A DNA stretch of 36,413 bases. Origin: Octopus bimaculoides (lineage: Eukaryota). The position numbers and the translations under genes are program-made. The stretch is taken from positions 50,375,762-50,412,174 of the forward strand of contig NC_068987.1 in the NCBI RefSeq assembly GCF_001194135.2, given 5' to 3'. The notes under the pieces are model-generated. The model ran no database searches. It was not told the origin of the DNA and saw nothing but the letters and a program-made list of their open reading frames with translations. Below, in pieces: positions 34,640 through 36,413 of the stretch. The number at the start of each line of letters is the position of its first letter. The stretch's first letter is position 1.

Positions 34640-35570
34640 AAAAGGTGCTTTTCATGTGCTACTGGCATTGGCCACCTTGCCTCCATGAGGCCCAATGTTT
34701 GAGAAGTGCTTTTTACATGCCACCAGCACAGGTGTCAGTCATGTGACACCAGTAATGACCATGGCAATGATTTCACTTTGCTTGACAAGTTTTCTCAAGC
34801 ACAGCATATCGCTAAAGGTCTTGGTCACTACTCATTGCCTCCGTGAGGCCTACATTTCGAAGATCATGCTTTTACTACTACAACCCATGTCTTCCTGGGT
34901 CAACCTTTATCACAAATTCCGTCTCAGCACTTCTTTACACAACTGTTTTCATCCATATCTATCGCATGACCACACCAACTCAGTCGTCTCTCTTGCACAC
35001 TACATCTAATGCGTCTTATGCTCAACTTTTCTCTCAAGATGCTTACACTCTGTTGTACATGCACACTGACACTGCATATTCAGCAAAGCATACTGGCTTC
35101 ATTTCTTTCAAGCCTACACATGTCCTTGGCTGTCACAGCCCATGTTTCGCTGCTGTGTAGCATAGCTGTTCGCACACAGACATCATCCTGTCTGTGTTTC
35201 ACTCTGAGGGAGAGGCTCTTTGTTGCCAGCAGAGGTAGGAGCTCTCGGAACTTTGCTCAGCCTATTATTATTCTCTCAGCTACGACCTCGGAGCATCTGC
35301 CTCTGCTACTAACTTGGTCACCTAGATAACAGAAGCTGTCTACTACTTCTAGTTCACCCCATTGGCAGTTGATGGTGTCTATTTTCTGTACATTTTCAGT
35401 GTTTATTGTACCTGTGCATCTTCCATGCACAAAAGCTATTTTATCTGTTAACCTTCCTCTGCTATTGCTGCATCTCTTTATGTGTCCGTAGCTTACACGT
35501 GGTATGTCTCATGGAATTTCTAATTATGCCTTTTCTACAGATCAAGCAGGGCCATCTACCAAGAAGGGAT
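34640..35570 (-). mobile_element. RTE-clade LINE 3' portion, same family as 20300-21370
   Basis: Minus strand GRWPCLICRKG, ELEVVDSFCYLGDQVSS, AKFRELLPLLATK, VRTAMLHSSETWAVT, QERRLSWCGH. Its 3' UTR carries the TGCTTTTTACATGCCACC motif seen in the (GAT)n-tailed fragments. Confidence 0.88.
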
Positions 35571-35590
35571 TTTTGATTTGTGTGTGTGTG

Positions 35591-35638
<48 letters not shown>

Positions 35639-36173
35639 AATTAAAATCTCCTCTCCATATTTTTAACATTCACTTTTCCATGCTTGCATGAGTTGGCTGA
35701 GACTACAAAATTTTGCATCTGGATGCCCTTCTTGATATTAGACTTCACCTGTTTCCAAACAAGGTAATAATTCTCTAGCCTGTCAAACAACAAACAACAC
35801 TGTAATAGTTACATGGAGAGACCTGAAACCAAACAACACCTTATGAATGAATCCTTTGTTAGATATGTATAGATATATGTATATGTGTACATATATGTAT
35901 GTATGTATGCATGCATCTGGCTGTAGAAAGTCTGCCTTAATAAATCCCATCAGATCTAAACAAGCATGGAAAAGTAGATGTTATGTGTGTGTGTGTGTAT
36001 ACATTTAATATTATTATTATTATTATTATTATTTAAAGGTCACAGTACATGTATTAAAGCGCTACTAATAGTTTCATATGTTGAGAGTACTCAAACATAC
36101 TCTTCAGATGCTATATTCCAGATGGAGTACTTTCTTAGTTGAATATTCTATCATGGATCAGTACATTATATAT

Positions 36174-36413
36174 CATCATCATCATCATCATCATCATCGT
36201 TTAACGTCCGCTTTCCATGCTAGCATGGGTTGGACGATTTGACTGAGGACTGGTGAAACCGGATGGCAACACCAGGCTCCAATCTAATTTGGCAGAGTTT
36301 CTACAGCTGGATGCCCTTCCTAACGCCAACCACTCAGAGAGTGTAGTGGGTGCTTTTACGTGTCACCCGCACGAAAACGGCCACGCTCGAAATGGTGTCT
36401 CTTATGTGCCACC
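36174..36413 (-). mobile_element. RTE-type 3' terminus with a (GAT)n tail, continues past the window edge
   Basis: (CAT)nCGTTTAACGTCC...; near-identical to 26894-27074 in the opposite orientation. Confidence 0.88.

Overview
A repeat-dominated, AT-rich animal genomic window with six assembly gaps. The repeat families and microsatellite load look like an octopus or other coleoid cephalopod; this is inference from recognising the families, not from a search. No intact protein-coding gene can be supported. Contents: a near-full-length but RT-deleted L1/Tx1-clade LINE (~8.4-13.6 kb) interrupted by an unclassified TIR element; two R4/Dong-clade (REL endonuclease) LINE fragments, one split by a 700-bp solo LTR with a 4-bp TSD; four copies of a ~550-bp non-coding element that always sits in (TAA)n/(ATT)n tracts, three of them in one cluster; fossil Tc1/mariner, hAT (Buster/Charlie) and CMC/Chapaev3-like transposases; several RTE, CR1 and Tx1 RT fragments; many tRNA-type SINEs; piggyBac-type and hAT MITEs; and a truncated 5S rRNA copy. 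The most notable structure is a nested pattern: (ATT)n tails of SINEs and Tx1 LINEs are occupied by antiparallel TAA-associated retroelements. Two weak minus-strand splice-signal candidates hint that the window may be intronic. Most element boundaries are approximate (about 10-50 bp) unless a TSD is stated.
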